A stretch of 62,547 nucleotides of DNA, counting the filler, from Sphacelaria rigidula (lineage: Eukaryota): assembly GCA_964200075.2 (NCBI GenBank). It is 8 parts of 8 records of this genome, joined end to end, with 100 filler letters (N's around TTAATTAATTAA, not from the genome) between each part and the next. Parts side by side here need not be neighbours in the genome. Positions count along the whole stretch, not along the records: positions 31,327 to 39,057 come from CAXNAA020013643.1; positions 39,158 to 46,887 come from CAXNAA020013644.1; positions 46,988 to 54,717 come from CAXNAA020013645.1; 5 more parts are not named here. One strand, given 5' to 3'. The translations under genes were made by a program, and so were the position numbers. The notes under the pieces are model-generated. The model was not told where the DNA came from, did not search any database, and saw nothing but the letters and a program-made list of their open reading frames with translations. Numbering within the stretch: position 1 is the first letter of the stretch; every line of letters starts with the position of its first letter. Positions 37,745 to 51,666 of this stretch are shown here, one piece after another.

Positions 37745-38218
37745 CAAATCAGCTCCTTGTAGTTCGAGCTAGCTCTTTTTTGGTGTAGCTCCCTAGTGAG
37801 CTGTGAGAGCTGCATGAGCTACGCATGTTTTTCCTGGGTAAGCTATGAGATCAACATGAGCTACGCATTTGCCTTGGGTGAGCTACCAACCCGTAGCTCA
37901 TCAGTTCATATTCGCCCTGGGTGAGCTAACAACCCGTAGCTTGTCAGCTCATCTTCACCCTGGGTAAGATACGAGAGCAACATATGTGACGCACGTTTGT
38001 CCTAGGTGAGCTACTAACTCGTTGCTCATCAGCTCATATTCTCCCTGGGTGAGTTATGAGAGCTACATGAGGTGCACATGTTTGTCCTGGGTGAGCTACC
38101 AACCCGTAGCTCATCAGCGCACGTTTACTGTCGGTGAGCTATCGGACGTAGCCCACATGTACATGCTTGACTTCAAGTTAGCTACAGACCGCAGATGAGC
38201 TAGCTCATGAGCTGTCTG
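37745..38218. repeat. GAGCTAC/AGCTCAT-rich tandem array
   Basis: Repeated cctgggtgagcta..aacccgtagctcatcagctcat units upstream of the first titin-like exon. Confidence 0.7.
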
Positions 38219-41200
38219 ACGTACGAAAAAGTCGTGAAAATCAGAAAAATACGTGACATTGTGCACAGAAGCAATCAGATAAGAACAAGGTAGTGCGCTG
38301 ACCCAGGCATGCCACTCATTCGGGAACTTTCCCGCAGTAGTAATCGTAATATTTAATTGAGTGAAAAAACGTTCAACCATAGGTATGGCCGACTAAAGAC
38401 ACAAGAAGTGGGCAAGTGGCAAACCGCTTTCAAGATACTTTATAAAAAACGCACTGCCATTTACTGTAACCATCGACCCATATTTGTGGCACAACGTATG
38501 AGGAAACCAAACAATGAGGGGCGCTGGAAACACTGCTGGTGGGAATAAGCCATGAGTTCCGACTGGGATGGATGCATATTTGCTTGCATCGATTTGTTGC
38601 GGTATATCGCTTACAGGTGTACTGTATCACCAAGGGAGGAAGCCCCGTCTCCGTCTACGAAAGCATGTTGCACCGTGTATAAGGAGCTCGCAAATATGAC
38701 CCGCTTTCGTTTTCTTCCGAACAGGAAATGAAAGTATGACGTTCGTAAGATGACGTGAAGTCCGATCTTCTGTTATCTGAAACCTGTCAGACGACGCGTG
38801 CTTGTAGGTCAGACGCATGCTGTAGATATTTTGGGTCAGACCTTACAGCAGCTAGTTCGTGATCTCGATACTTCCGTATATAGTCTACATCTGCAGAAAG
38901 CTACAGCCTAGGTGTCTTGCTCCTCACGTTGAGGGATGGTGATGCCGTATATTCATGGATGGGTATAAAACTGCAGCCCAGGTGAGTCATCCTACGATAG
39001 GGGAGGGGGTATTTTGGGCCATTTGTTGCTCGAAATTTCGAGTCAGATCGTCGTTGANNNNNNNNNNNNNNNNNNNNNNNNNNNNNNNNNNNNNNNNNNN
39101 NTTAATTAATTAANNNNNNNNNNNNNNNNNNNNNNNNNNNNNNNNNNNNNNNNNNNNGGCGCTTTGCCGTTGGTGATTGAGTGCGAGCCTGGTCCGGCGA
39201 AAACCCGACGTGCTCCGCCCCGGCTTTGTAGGGATGCAAGGCCAATGGTCTTATGACCATGGCATGCGTGATCATGAGTACCCCCCCCCCCCGCCCCTCC
39301 TCGAGGGGATGCAGCACACGGAACATGCGTTTCTTGCTCTACTTGCACGGAACATGCGTTTCTGGCTCCATTGCGGAGTATGAACGCACAGGCCCAACGG
39401 AAATGGCTCAGCGAAGACATACCTTGACCCGCGGCTCAAGTCGGCCGGGTTTTCCCTCACCGTTCTTCTGCATACAAATACTCCACACCCACGAGCTCAT
39501 CCAACAGACGTGCTCTCACATTGCAAGACAACAACTGTATTGACACCCCGGACCCAAATTGACCATGAGAAACTGTGGGAGGCCCTACGAGGCCAAAGGA
39601 TTGACATCAAGCTGCGAGCGTTCGCGCTCGCATACATGTACTGGAATACATTCCTCTACAGAGTGTTCCGTGGCTTGATTATTCAATATGCCGCAACTGG
39701 CAGTGCTTCTCCAACGAAGATCTCGTCAGGATGTCCGAAGCCAAGCGGTTAGCCCTTTGGCCACCAGCGTGGTCTTGAGCCACTTTTCGAGTAAAAACGA
39801 TGAAACGATGCCAATTCAAACGTATTCCTCCCGGGGCACCTCGCAGCGTTTGAAACAACAAAACATAAACGAGTTTCGGCGCATGGCACAGAGTATGTGC
39901 ATACTAGACAACAGATGAATGCCAAAAGCGCGGCAACAACCTCAGCAAAATGGACGCAACAAACGAGTTCAGCTCGAGACTCGCTGCAGACTTCAGAGAC
40001 GAACCTTCTCTTGGCTTTCTGTTCGCCTCAGCCGAGCCCGCATGGTGCTCGGTCCGTCCAACAGCCGTGACATTGGCCGCTCCTCGACGGGGGTGGCCTG
40101 GGCAAAAAATTTCATGGGTCCCGGTAATACGTACCGCTTTCGCGTTCCGGAGAGTGTCGTGCTCTTGTTTCGCGAGATTTCGCCGGCACACTGAATGAGC
40201 GGTCGACTTGGGACATGCGAGTCATGTTGCGTTTGGCTTCTGTCACGTTGCTTACCGCCCCTATCAAAAGGGAGAGATGATGGAGTCAACGGAGCTGATA
40301 ATGGACATCATCATCGATATCTTGGTAATAAGGTCTGTTTTCTCTTCTTACCGATTTCACTGAAGAGTTCCAGCTCCTGAATACTTACTACAGTACACCA
40401 TCTGGTGATGGATACCCTTTCCAAGCTGTGTCGCCGCGGGTAGTACGGGTACAAATTTTACAGTCATTTTCCATTCTGACCTGCAGAAGTCCTACTCTGC
40501 TCTCAGCTCTCCTGCCTCGGCCAAGCCCAGCGCCGGGCACAGAAGGGGTGATCACAGAAGTCGCGCTGTACTGGCGGATATTTACGGACAGTAATCTACA
40601 TCAGAAGGTCTTGTGACGGGTTAATGGCACGCGCGTTACCTCCGACAAATCGTGCGGCAATTGTAGAGACGCGTTTTTCTTTCAGCTTCTCCTTTTTATA
40701 GACTACGGCATGACCACACCGGCTTCTCAGCTTCAACGCAGTAGAGCTCGAAGAAGGCTTGTCAATCATTAACCAGTTGAATGGTCACGCATAGCGCGCT
40801 CATTGACCAGTTATGTGGTACCTAATGGTTAGGCCATCGAGCGGCGCAGCCATGAGCCAAAAGCCCCCCCCAGCAGAGGAGATCCCGCCGAAGGCGCCCC
40901 CGGAAGGCCCCGCTCGAGGCGCCGTGCCGGAGGCACCTTTTCACGCGATTTGGCTTCACTCTGTGTGTGTCTGTTATGTGTTCTTATTAAAAGTTGTTCC
41001 GATATCTGCGCATGCATCTGACTCGGACGTCTTCCGTGGTCACAGGCTACCACCCCATGTTAGAGTAAAAGGAAAATCATGAAATAAAATCGGATCCACG
41101 AAAAATTCACACAGACGCGATACAAGAATACTAGAGCTGAAACATACGTGAAGTTTGGGCCAATTTTCAAGGGCTGTATGTAGCATAATATGTAGCTGGT

Positions 41201-44200
41201 AACGACTTATAAGAGGTATCTCACACTCGACTCCCATCATCCTGGTTTGTTTTGTTCTATTTTCTCAAGTGAAAGTGGTGGCGATTCATCAGACGATGAG
41301 ACCCTTCGACCGCCGGGTCAGGTCCTCCTATGAATCGCGATCACTTTCACTTGAAAAAATACTACAACTCAGAGCTAACGAATAAACCAGGATAACGGGA
41401 GCCGGGTTCGAGATACCTCTATAAAGACGGTATAATGGTAAATAATATTTCAAATATAAAAAAATATATATGTAACCATTACCATCATTACCATTTATAC
41501 TGACAGTGGCCAGTTACAACTGGTACCATTTCCGAGCTCCATTCAAGAGAGAAACAAAAACGACGCAAATGCTTTCGATTTATAGAGAGCTATGTGGATT
41601 AAAATATCCAAATTCGCAAGGTGGGTTGAACCCCATTTGAATGTCCAACCTCATTTTCCAGGAGATGTTGTCGAGAGCGTGAAACTTGTGCGTGCTACAC
41701 AGCAAAATATGTTGTTGCCCTACCGTGGGAAATCACTTGATATTACTTGCGGAATGCACAGCTGCCCACGCTTGATCATCTTCCGGATACTCTCCCTACA
41801 CGGGAGAAGGAGACGGACGCCACAGCCAGAGTATGCCCAAACACTGTTCCAGAGTGATGGGTTGACCTTGGCAGTTTTTCTCTTGCTTTGGTAGCTTCTT
41901 AACTTGCACACAGAGCAAGTTTATGTTCCACATATCACTTAAGAGTTTAGATCATGATAAGTGATGAAAGTCAATATAATATCTTACATGCGTTTGCTTC
42001 TCGCACCAACCCTACCATAACTTCATCTACCCCCTCCTCCACGAGACTTTGATCCGAACCCTAGTTCATTCCACTTCTCTGGTACCTACCCCCAACCCTG
42101 CAAAAGGCGTGTTGGGGGGGGAAGGGAACGCGTGGAATACGTCTCGCACATGAAACGTGAAACCTTCCTTGTTTCTTCCTTTTTCCACCATAGTCATTAA
42201 ACGTGGAGGAGACACATGGTTGTACATGGGATGAAAAATTCAAGAAAATTCACGTATAATACTTGATGGTGACATGAAATGGTGTAGTACTTGTATATGT
42301 TTTGTGATCTTTTGCATCGTAGCAAGAAGAACAAGTCACCCAATGAAATTGAGTGACCTTCAAAATGCCCACTACCTCCACAAAAAAAAGACGGCATTAC
42401 CAACAGACACATATATACACACACCCATATGGGTAGGCGACAAAAAATCGTGCACACCCATTCGGGTCTCGATCCACTACATCCCCCGCCTGCCAGAAAG
42501 TATCAATCTCTCCTCATTCTGACAGCAAAACGGGGCCATTGGCCGCCACATGCCTGTACAGGACACAGTCAGAATAAAAGTAGACCAAGACACAGCCACA
42601 GCCCAACATGAAACCTCGAGAGAAACATCACCCTCTTCCTCCCCCCCCCATCAGCAAAGCGAAACACCAAAACCGAAAATGTACAAGAAAGTGAGGACAG
42701 GTATAGGCAAAANNNNNNNNNNACCCCAGCCACAACCCAACATCAAACCCCCAGAGAAACACCCCCCCCTTCCCCCCCCCCCCCCCCCACCTAGTCCGGC
42801 CAAAACCCGGCATGCTCCGTCTCGGCTTTGTAGCTATGCGAGGTCAATGGCTTTGTGACTTATGACATACATGAGCATGCGTACACCCTCCCCCCCCTCC
42901 CCCGCCCCCACCGGATACCCTCCCCCGCCCTCTGTGTTTCGAGGGAGAACCAAATCGACGCAAAAGAAATTCGCGGGATTTTTAACGCGCGATAGAGAGA
43001 TCACACGATGTATAGTACCCGGAGACATGAACACCCCAAAACGGAGATCGGCGACACTCCTCACCGTGTTTGTCGTGCCCCGAAAACAAAGTGGGCATAT
43101 ACGTAAATATAGATGGGTGAATGACAGTTATCTTGGCTTCATTCACAGCGTGGAGTACGCCAAGCCATGACGTGGCGTCCTCATTTATTCCGCAACCTCT
43201 CCACACACGCATTTCATCACCATTACGTGACTTTACAAGCCTACCGCAGTACTGTCTCGAGGAAAAAACACGGAAAACTCGGAGACAGCAGCAGCACGAA
43301 CATACAGCATAAAAATATCGTTATTTCAGTACTATGCACGAAAACAAATTGGAAAATACATGAAACACTCAGAAAACACAGATGTAACACCAACATGCAT
43401 CACATAAGTGGATATATATATATCAGGCCGTGTTTTTTCAAATTGTTCTTGACTCAAAACGTACGGTGGAATCAAATTTGCTCGTACCTGATACGTCCAC
43501 GGCATCCATGTTGTCAACCATCTGAGAAAATGAACAGCGTGGATGAATCAGAAACGAGCGAATTCGATTCCACCGTACGTTTTCGAGTCGAAAACAATTT
43601 GATAAGACACCGCATCATTATGATGGACATCATAAGAAAACAATGGAACAGATGTCAAGAAAAACAGAAAAAAAAATCCTTCCCTTCCTGTGTGCGATAC
43701 ATTCGTGACCCCGTGGCTCAGTGATTCTGAAACCGGGATGAACTATTTTCGACTCTCATACAAACACCACGAGAACAATACTGTACTGTACCGTACTGTG
43801 TTGTGATTTTCCTCCGCCGTTCCCAACGAGTGAATGAAGGCCATATATCAAGACACGCTACACGAAAACACACACACACATCCACATCCACATCAACTAC
43901 TCCAACTGTGTACCCACGCACAACTTATTCCCACACATAGTAAATCCATACTTATTAAGCCGTATATCCTGCGGGGCATCCCGTCATAGTGCGGCGGGTT
44001 ACCAACATTGTATAACCGCACTATTGTGGGACCCCGCATTGTGATGGCACTCTCCAATAACTTGACAACAGTATAGCGGCTCGAACTCATGACAGCGATC
44101 TTGATCGCACCGTAGTGGGACCCGGCATCTGAGAGGACCGCACCGTAGTGGGTCTTTCTGCTGTACACATTCCACGACAAAAAGCCGTTTCTGCCCCACG

Positions 44201-47200
44201 AATCGGCGTACGTATTTATTCACAAGGTGTCGTGACGCACTTTGGTGAGTACCTTGTGCTTCGCCCCTACGTTGTCCCCAGATAAACCCCTGCTGGTTTT
44301 GATTTGATGGGAATGAGAATAAAATATACCGTCCCACACGAATAATTCATCACCACCCTTGATGGCCTCAAGAGTAAAGGCAAAGCTCCCTCGACGGCGT
44401 GCGTCGACTTACGTGCTACCACGTGTAAAACGCCTGCAGCACAAACATATCTCGTCGGCTCCGAACACATACACGTAAACACACACACCCAAGCCGTTCA
44501 CCGTTACATGCGCACGAACGTTGTCCGGTATACTCCAACCATTGTTTGTACATGTTCACGTATCGAGGACCGTTTGTACATATATCTCGTCGAATAACAC
44601 CCCCATCACCCCCATCTTCTCCGCAAGGAATCACCCGAAACAACCTCTGCATTTCACTTATTTGTTTTGCACAGAAGAGCACCGCAGATTCAAAACCGCA
44701 CAGGAAAAGGAACAACACAAAGCGAGGACGAAACAAACAAAGGGAAGTGACGACGACCCGGAGGCGGCCTATCCTCCTTCACGACCGCACGTCATGGCTT
44801 GTGTCCGCGCCGGAAACCTTCGTTCAACGCACTGGACCTTTCATGACATGTAGACGAAATACACACACACACTCTCACACGCAAACATACACGCACAAAC
44901 ATGACGAGAACAACTGAAAAGAAACAACAATAACAACAACGAAAAGCGTGTCGTAGACGCACCACAGGCAACAACTTTTGCTCAACCCACTCGCCAAAAC
45001 TTGAAGCGCATCCCGCCTAAATGTTCCCTTATCCTCCTCCCTTTCTTCTCCTCCCCTCTCTCTCTTCTCTTCCCCCCCCCCCCCTCTCTCTCCCTCTGAT
45101 TTTCCGTGCCATCAAATCATGTCCGGTAACCTTCATATTTACATACTTACAGTGAAAAATTTTCGTCTGCACAACACAGACGAGTTCACCTTCGTTGGCA
45201 ACGAAAAAACTGCCCTTGTACACCCTCTCTCTGTCTCCGCCCCTCTCTCTCCTACACACCTTCGGGCTGTGCAATATTTTACGCTCTTCAATCTGTCTCC
45301 TTGTTTGTTTGTTTTTCCGTTGTCCCTCCCGTACATGCTCTGTACATACACAAAACAACACCCGTTTGAAAACAAAAACAGTAAAAACCTTAATCTTCGT
45401 GTCTGCACCCCTCAAATCACCCGGCTCTTTTCTGCTATCTCACCCGGCCCTTCCCGCTATCTTCGCTTCCTGTGAGATTGTCACGCACGGTTGGTTGGGC
45501 CATCGTGCCAAAAAATATGGACAACACGCTTACGCCATACAAAAAAACGCCTCACAGCCGAACTCTCAAAGGCCCAAGGGCGACAGCACGGCCGCACTAA
45601 GGGACGAAGATCAGGAAAGTAAGTATGTCATTGATATAAGTCGGAAATATGAGAGAGGTGGGCTTCATCGCAGAAACCGCCTTCGTGATTTTATCAAGCG
45701 CCTTCCCTCCGGAGACCGTAGTTGGACTGAACCTGCCTCCTTGTTTTTACAACTCTCGTACAAGTACCTTATCCTGAAGGGCGACAGCTTCCTCCTCTGA
45801 CCTTCCCCTTCGGGAAAGCTTCGGAGGGGGGGGGGGGGGGCAGGACCAGCAAGCCATTCTCCATTCATTCTTTTCTTTCCGTGAAGAACAAAAAAACTGC
45901 GACGCGTACGCTCAAGAACGCGATTAATCCCCTCAGAGTCCTTCATCATCTCCTCCTTACGAAGCTTGCTTTTTCCGCCCCCCACGTTGCGGATTATTTC
46001 ATGATCATAGGAAGGACGCCCTCTTCCCCATGACCTTATATCTCACTCTCCCCTCACCCCACTCGGGACATGTCCCCGTCGCACCGCATTGTGAACACGG
46101 ACGGAGATGGCTAAGCTTGAACGTCCACGTTGCTGAGCACCTCTCCGATTACAAGAGCCGCGGCCGCAACCTTGGCCGTCGCGATGGGCGTGTAAGCTTT
46201 CCAAAATCTGTTGACCGCGTGGATTGGCGGCGGGGGAGAGAGGGAGGGAGGGAGGGACATGGAGGACACGGGGAGTTCAAAGAGAGGTACCTGGTTCTTG
46301 CTCTTCTGTACTGCAACTGTTCCCAAAAGTATATACGTGTAGTAGATAGACCGCTTTTATCGTAAGCTCAAAACAAAATGAAAGTCACATTTAGTTGACC
46401 TTCTCGCACAACCTCTCTCTCTCTCTCTCGCTGTATTGAATCCATGAACCTCCTTTCCTCCTCCACGAGACAGTGACTTGAACCCACCCTGGTGCGCTCC
46501 ACTTGAGTAATCTCTCGTGTGGGTCTACCGACCTACCAGTCTGACGAGGTGCCTACTATACCCTGCACCCTGTAAAGGTTGGAACAAGTAGCCCAAACTT
46601 GACGTCTCTCGTGTAACAAGTTTGTGTGATACTCTGTGGAACATGTGTCCCCGAGATACATCGAACTTCCGAGTCCTGGGTAATGACTTCACGACAATAT
46701 CAAAACCCAAGTGACCAAAGGGAGTTGACAACTTGGCGAGCACGATTCGAGTACAAGTATCGCGTGTGGATTCATGAGTGAGGTACGATTGTTATTTTCC
46801 ATAGGGGCGAGGGGGGGGGGGGGGGGGGGAGGGACTATTGATTGTTGTGTTTGTGTTTGGTGTTGAAACAAAAGCACACCATAGCGGNNNNNNNNNNNNN
46901 NNNNNNNNNNNNNNNNNNNNNNNNNNNNNNNTTAATTAATTAANNNNNNNNNNNNNNNNNNNNNNNNNNNNNNNNNNNNNNNNNNNNCTCGCACTCAATC
47001 ACCAAGCGCGAAGCGCCGTGTGTTTGGCGAGTCGCGTGAAGGGTGAGCTGCATCCTGCTAAGATTGTTCGTCCCAAAGCCTACTGATTATCTTGCATTTG
47101 GATGATAGCCCCCAATGTGTTGCTTAATTTTCTGGTACCGCCACTTCCAGAGACAGCTACGGCTTACACACTGCCTCTCTCACGGGTGTCTCACCATTCG

Positions 47201-47941
47201 GAGGATTGATCTGGTTTGCTCACAGCTAGGCGAAAAACATTGCCCAAGGGACTGGGGTCCGAAAAATCAATCCACGGGAGAAAATCGCCTGTAGACGGGC
47301 TGAAATCCTCATATGTGTACGAATCGAGATTCGTTGCCATAAAAGTGGGTCTAATAATAAGGGATGTGCTAAAAAGTGAAATGCGCATCGGTTGTGAACT
47401 GCCAATGTATCTGGGAAAAGCCATCAGCAATGCCCCGTTCATGCAGCGAAGTCAGTTACCGGACGCTCGACAGTGATTCTCGTATCACATGGGCGGAGCC
47501 GCGCTAGCGAATGCAGGGACGCTGCGGTGGAGCTAACTACTGTACTGTATGAGCAGAAAAGCCGCACCCGCCAACATTGCACCAAGACCGGCCGTTGGAA
47601 TTTGACGTTGTTTTGGTTCGGAAGCAGCCGAGTGAACGTCCCGATAACGCCGTACCTGCACAATGATCTACCACCTGTTGACAGAGGTTTTTGGTGTGAG
47701 CTGTCGGGTAAGTATGATCGGGGAAGATGCACAACAAGCCTAGGGCCGAAGCTTATCAGAGTTGGGCAGTGCGTGCACTACGCCAACTTTTAGTGGGTCG
47801 GACTCCGAAACAGTCTTGAGCAACGCTTCCGAACGCTCGAGGCACCAAACTCACGTGACTGTCGGGAAGCGATCTAGCCGAGCATCTGGTTGACCGCCAC
47901 ATGAACCCGCTCGCTGAAAAAAAAATGATCGACTGCTGCTA

Positions 47942-50021
47942 GACTTCTACTTATTATGCTAGTGAGGTCATTTTTTTATGCTAGTAATCTCGCCAGAGAT
48001 CATGCTCGTAAAGTGGACTTTATGCGCGATTTATGCTCGCATTTTCGAAAACAATATGCTCGATTTATAGTCGCAACGCGGAATTTATGCTTGACTATGC
48101 TCGTAATATCCACCAAGGATGCCATTTTCGACCGGATACAGACCCGCCGATCACTGCTCATTATCTCGTACTGTTATTATGTTCGTCACATTAGCTCGAT
48201 CTCTCGAACCCGTGGTCACAGAATGCAAGGAGGATACCACTCATACCTATAAATCAAGCAGCCCGCAGAGGAAGGCAAACAAAACATCCACACGAAAAAG
48301 GGCATACTTCTGTATATGCATGTTTTTTATATACGAAGTACTACCTACCTGCAGTAGTACGATGGAATACCGTATTTTCCTGTTGTCGTACACGGTGCAT
48401 CACTATATTTTATCGCGTACTCTGTACTACATCTTGTGCTATATGCCGCCCCCCAGCTGCCGTACAGATAAGACATATGGCAGGCAACCTGCTAATTCAA
48501 ATATCCATCACAATCTGGCACGATGAGCGTACGTTCTACGCATCTCGTCACCGCACTCGAAATAACAAGTCGCGAAATCACACCACGTGTTCAATCGTCG
48601 CCCGTCTCATGTCGAGGAACTCGTGTCCAAGGACAACAAGGACAAATGAGAAACTGACATTTATTTAGTTGATGAATGATTGTTAGATTGATTGTCTCGC
48701 ATGGGCCGATCGTGCTCTTTCATGAAGATGTTTTTCAAACCTGCGATCGATCAGACTGGCAGTTTGAATGACTTGTTCCGGAGCATACACACACGTACAG
48801 TAGTGGGCGGTATACAGTAACTATTCAGGTGTGTTTGGGGGTTTTCCTCGGGTACTACTCTCCGATAGAGCCTAACTTGCTAGCGACGGTAGATTTTTGT
48901 ACAGTAAACAGATCATCATCGTAACACAGTGCCCAAGTCAGTCTTAGTTAACAGTGGATTCTCAAAAATGGGGTTGAAAAAAAATGAGGTTCAACTCAAA
49001 AGCCGTGCTTTCCCTGACCTAAACTCATGACAAATGGCTTCCATATAGACCACCCCATCCCTCCCGACCTCCCGAAAACTTTTTCGTGGGATTTCTAGCC
49101 TTCCGTTCCCCCACAGGGTATGTGCGAAAGCACGATATTGGGGACAAAAAACGTCCTGTTTTCACCCCGAAATCGAGGCAAAAGTGTGCTTTTGCACCTA
49201 CCCTTTCAGGGAATGTAAGGCTAGAAACCCCTTGAAATAGTTTTAGGGAGGTCGGGAGGGATGGGGTGGTCCATATGAAAGTCATTTGTCATGAATTTAG
49301 GTCGTCAGGGAAAGGACCGCTTTTGAGTCGAACCTCACATTTTCTTCAACCCCATTTTCGAGAATCCACTGTTAATTGGTGTTATCAGGCGATACCACTA
49401 AATACCCCATTTATCAGGAGGGTGTTTTTGTCCGTGAACACACAGGTCAATGAGTACGTAGAATTTCAAAAAACTATAACTGTACATTTCTTGACAAATA
49501 TGACCGGGAGAGGCTTGATCGGCCGAAAAAAACGAAGAGTAAAAATCTGGGCTGAAACGTGGCAGGACCCCCGATGACCGGCCAGCCTGTAAGTCACTCG
49601 ATATTGAGTACAGACGATTTATTTTCTTGGAATGTATGTGGAGCGGATACAAATATCTTCAGATCGCCAATGAGATAAGCGGTGGCATAAGCGGGAAAAG
49701 CCCAAGAAAATCGCCAACTCCGAAAAAATCACAGAATGCCACAATAATAGTTAGACCGCCCACTACTGCGTTTCAAGTCCGCGGTGGATGGTAGCAGAGT
49801 TTCCCGCCCAAAACATCACAACAGGCTAGCAATTAGACCGGTGTTCCCACACCCCTACGGTGAAAACTTATGCTCGCTTATGCTCTTAAAAATGTGGAAA
49901 TTATTCTCAATCATGCTATTCGCTGAAACGCTATGCTGTTTATGCTACTTGCTGAAATGCTATGCTATTAAGCGAAGGTGAAATTATGCCAGAAATTATG
50001 CAAGCATAATAAGTAGAAGCC
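47942..50021. mobile_element. About 2.1-kb TIR element with TATGCT subterminal repeats
   Basis: TA|GACTTCTACTTATTATGCT ... AGCATAATAAGTAGAAGCC|TA, with tatgct clusters at both ends. Contains a nested MITE. Confidence 0.7.
48952..49371. mobile_element. Palindromic MITE flanked by TTAA
   Basis: TTAA|CAGTGGATTCTCAAAAATGGGGTTGAA ... TTCAACCCCATTTTCGAGAATCCACTG|TTAA; the arms pair over ~150 bp. Confidence 0.85.
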
Positions 50022-51303
50022 TACCCTCATCAATACTTCGACGGCGACAAATGTCACCTGTTGAGTCGGCTATAATATCACTTGAAAGAAGAATGCATGA
50101 TCCAGGTGGACTGCCCTCGACGACAAGGGATCAAGGGATCTGAAGCTATTCGAAAAATCAGTGGACCACAAGCTTCGAGCGTATATCGATGGTTGACAGC
50201 ACGACTACTTGATTTCAGAGATGAGAAAGTTCTGAGAAAAATTAGGGTTTGGGGCAGGTGAGCAGTGGACTAATCTCATCGCGAACGTGTTTTTAGAAAA
50301 TCGGCTTCTGCGGCGTCGATTCGAGGTCTGCCAACTCACACTTTGCCTAGGAGAACTTACGCACCCGCCTTGCCTGAGAGTGTCGTACGCCTTGAGTTGG
50401 GGTCGGGGTTAGGGTTAGGTGTTCTGGTGGCGAAATTCATCCCGAAATTCTCGAAACCACTTCGGGACCGGGCCTCCAGAACGACCAATGAGGCTGGTCA
50501 GGAGTCAGGAATGACGTGTCTGGCTTCTGCACGAAACAGTGGCTTGTTGCTGAAGATCCGCGTATGTAACCGCAGGGTTATGAGGAAGACCGAAGTTTCA
50601 TCCAATCTATACTCAGGTGCAGGGTGCGCATGAGGTACATTAGTGTACATCTGATGTACCAAGCAGTATAAGTCGTGGTGAAGAGCTAGCTTTCAACGGG
50701 ATGCGGCGACCGGCGGGCCGCCCGCCACTTGTGGCTTTGGATGATGCTATTGTTCCCATCACCTTGTCACGCAGCCCTTTGTGGTCGTGGTGGGCCGCCT
50801 TTTCCCGCTTTGTTGCATGCGGCAAATTCTTCTCGAAGGGGAACATCGTTGCGACGCGCATGCATACGGATACAACAGTATAGTACACAACAGCAGACTG
50901 TTGTGGTACGCCTCTCCGACTGAAGCAGCAACTGCCGCTGCATATTCCCTTGCACGTTTTGGGCAATTCTCAGCTACCGAGATCAACTGCCTATATACCT
51001 CTTCTTCATCCCCGCCCACTATATTCATTTCAGCTGCACACCGCAAGCCATCGGCAGAGAGATAGGCAGAGTTCATGACGGTAGCTCCTTGTGTCTTTCC
51101 ACGGCCCACCTGGGTTTAGTACCTCGTGAAAATGACCACATTGTAGCATGTACACTCCTTGCCGTTTTTTTCCGCTCTACCCTGTGTTGGTATAATTTAC
51201 TACGTTTTAGTATAGAATTGTGATCCGAAAAAACCGGGGAAACTCGGGAACGCAATACTGAGTACAAGTGAAACCATAAAACCAAGTTCCAACCGCCCTG
51301 CAT

Positions 51304-51666
51304 TTGGACATCTGCGTTTTGTGTGTTGTCGTCCCATCTATTCTGGACGACGGTCTAAACCTTTTCGGTATAAGTGGGGGCACTAGCCGGGATCACACAG
51401 GAGGAAGGTCAACGCAGAAGTTTTTCGTTTCTTGTTGTTTTTTTAGTACTCCACCTTCCTTCTGCAGTACTTGCCTTTTAATTTTTTATCGCGAGAGGGT
51501 ACAGCAGTCCCTTTCCCTCGTCGACCGTTGAGTCGAACTTTGTGTACCCACGACATCGTCGATCTCCACTGTTGGGGATGGTGTGAAAAATCCCTCCAAG
51601 ATTTGAACTCATGACCCAAGCATCAAAAGGCTTCGAGGCTACCAACTGAGCAACGGGGGCGACCGG
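51304..51666 (-). mobile_element. tRNA-derived SINE, copy 1
   Basis: Minus-strand head ggtcgcccccgttgctcagttggtagcc...gagttcaaatc has Pol III A/B-box similarity. The body (ttgaccttcctcctgtgtga...tccagaatagat) is shared with 53545-53886. Confidence 0.75.

Noticed and set aside
39540..40200. Possible retroelement fragment (IDHEKLWEALRGQRIDIKL)
   Set aside because: Only a short resemblance to an RT segment; neighbouring RT motifs are absent.
43890..46320. Candidate exons in contig 6 (for example 45558-45618 plus, 46111-46208 minus)
   Set aside because: Splice-like sites exist, but there is no consistent strand, frame or recognisable domain.
50396..50418. Telomeric (TTAGGG)n tract
   Set aside because: Only about two units and internal; too short to support.
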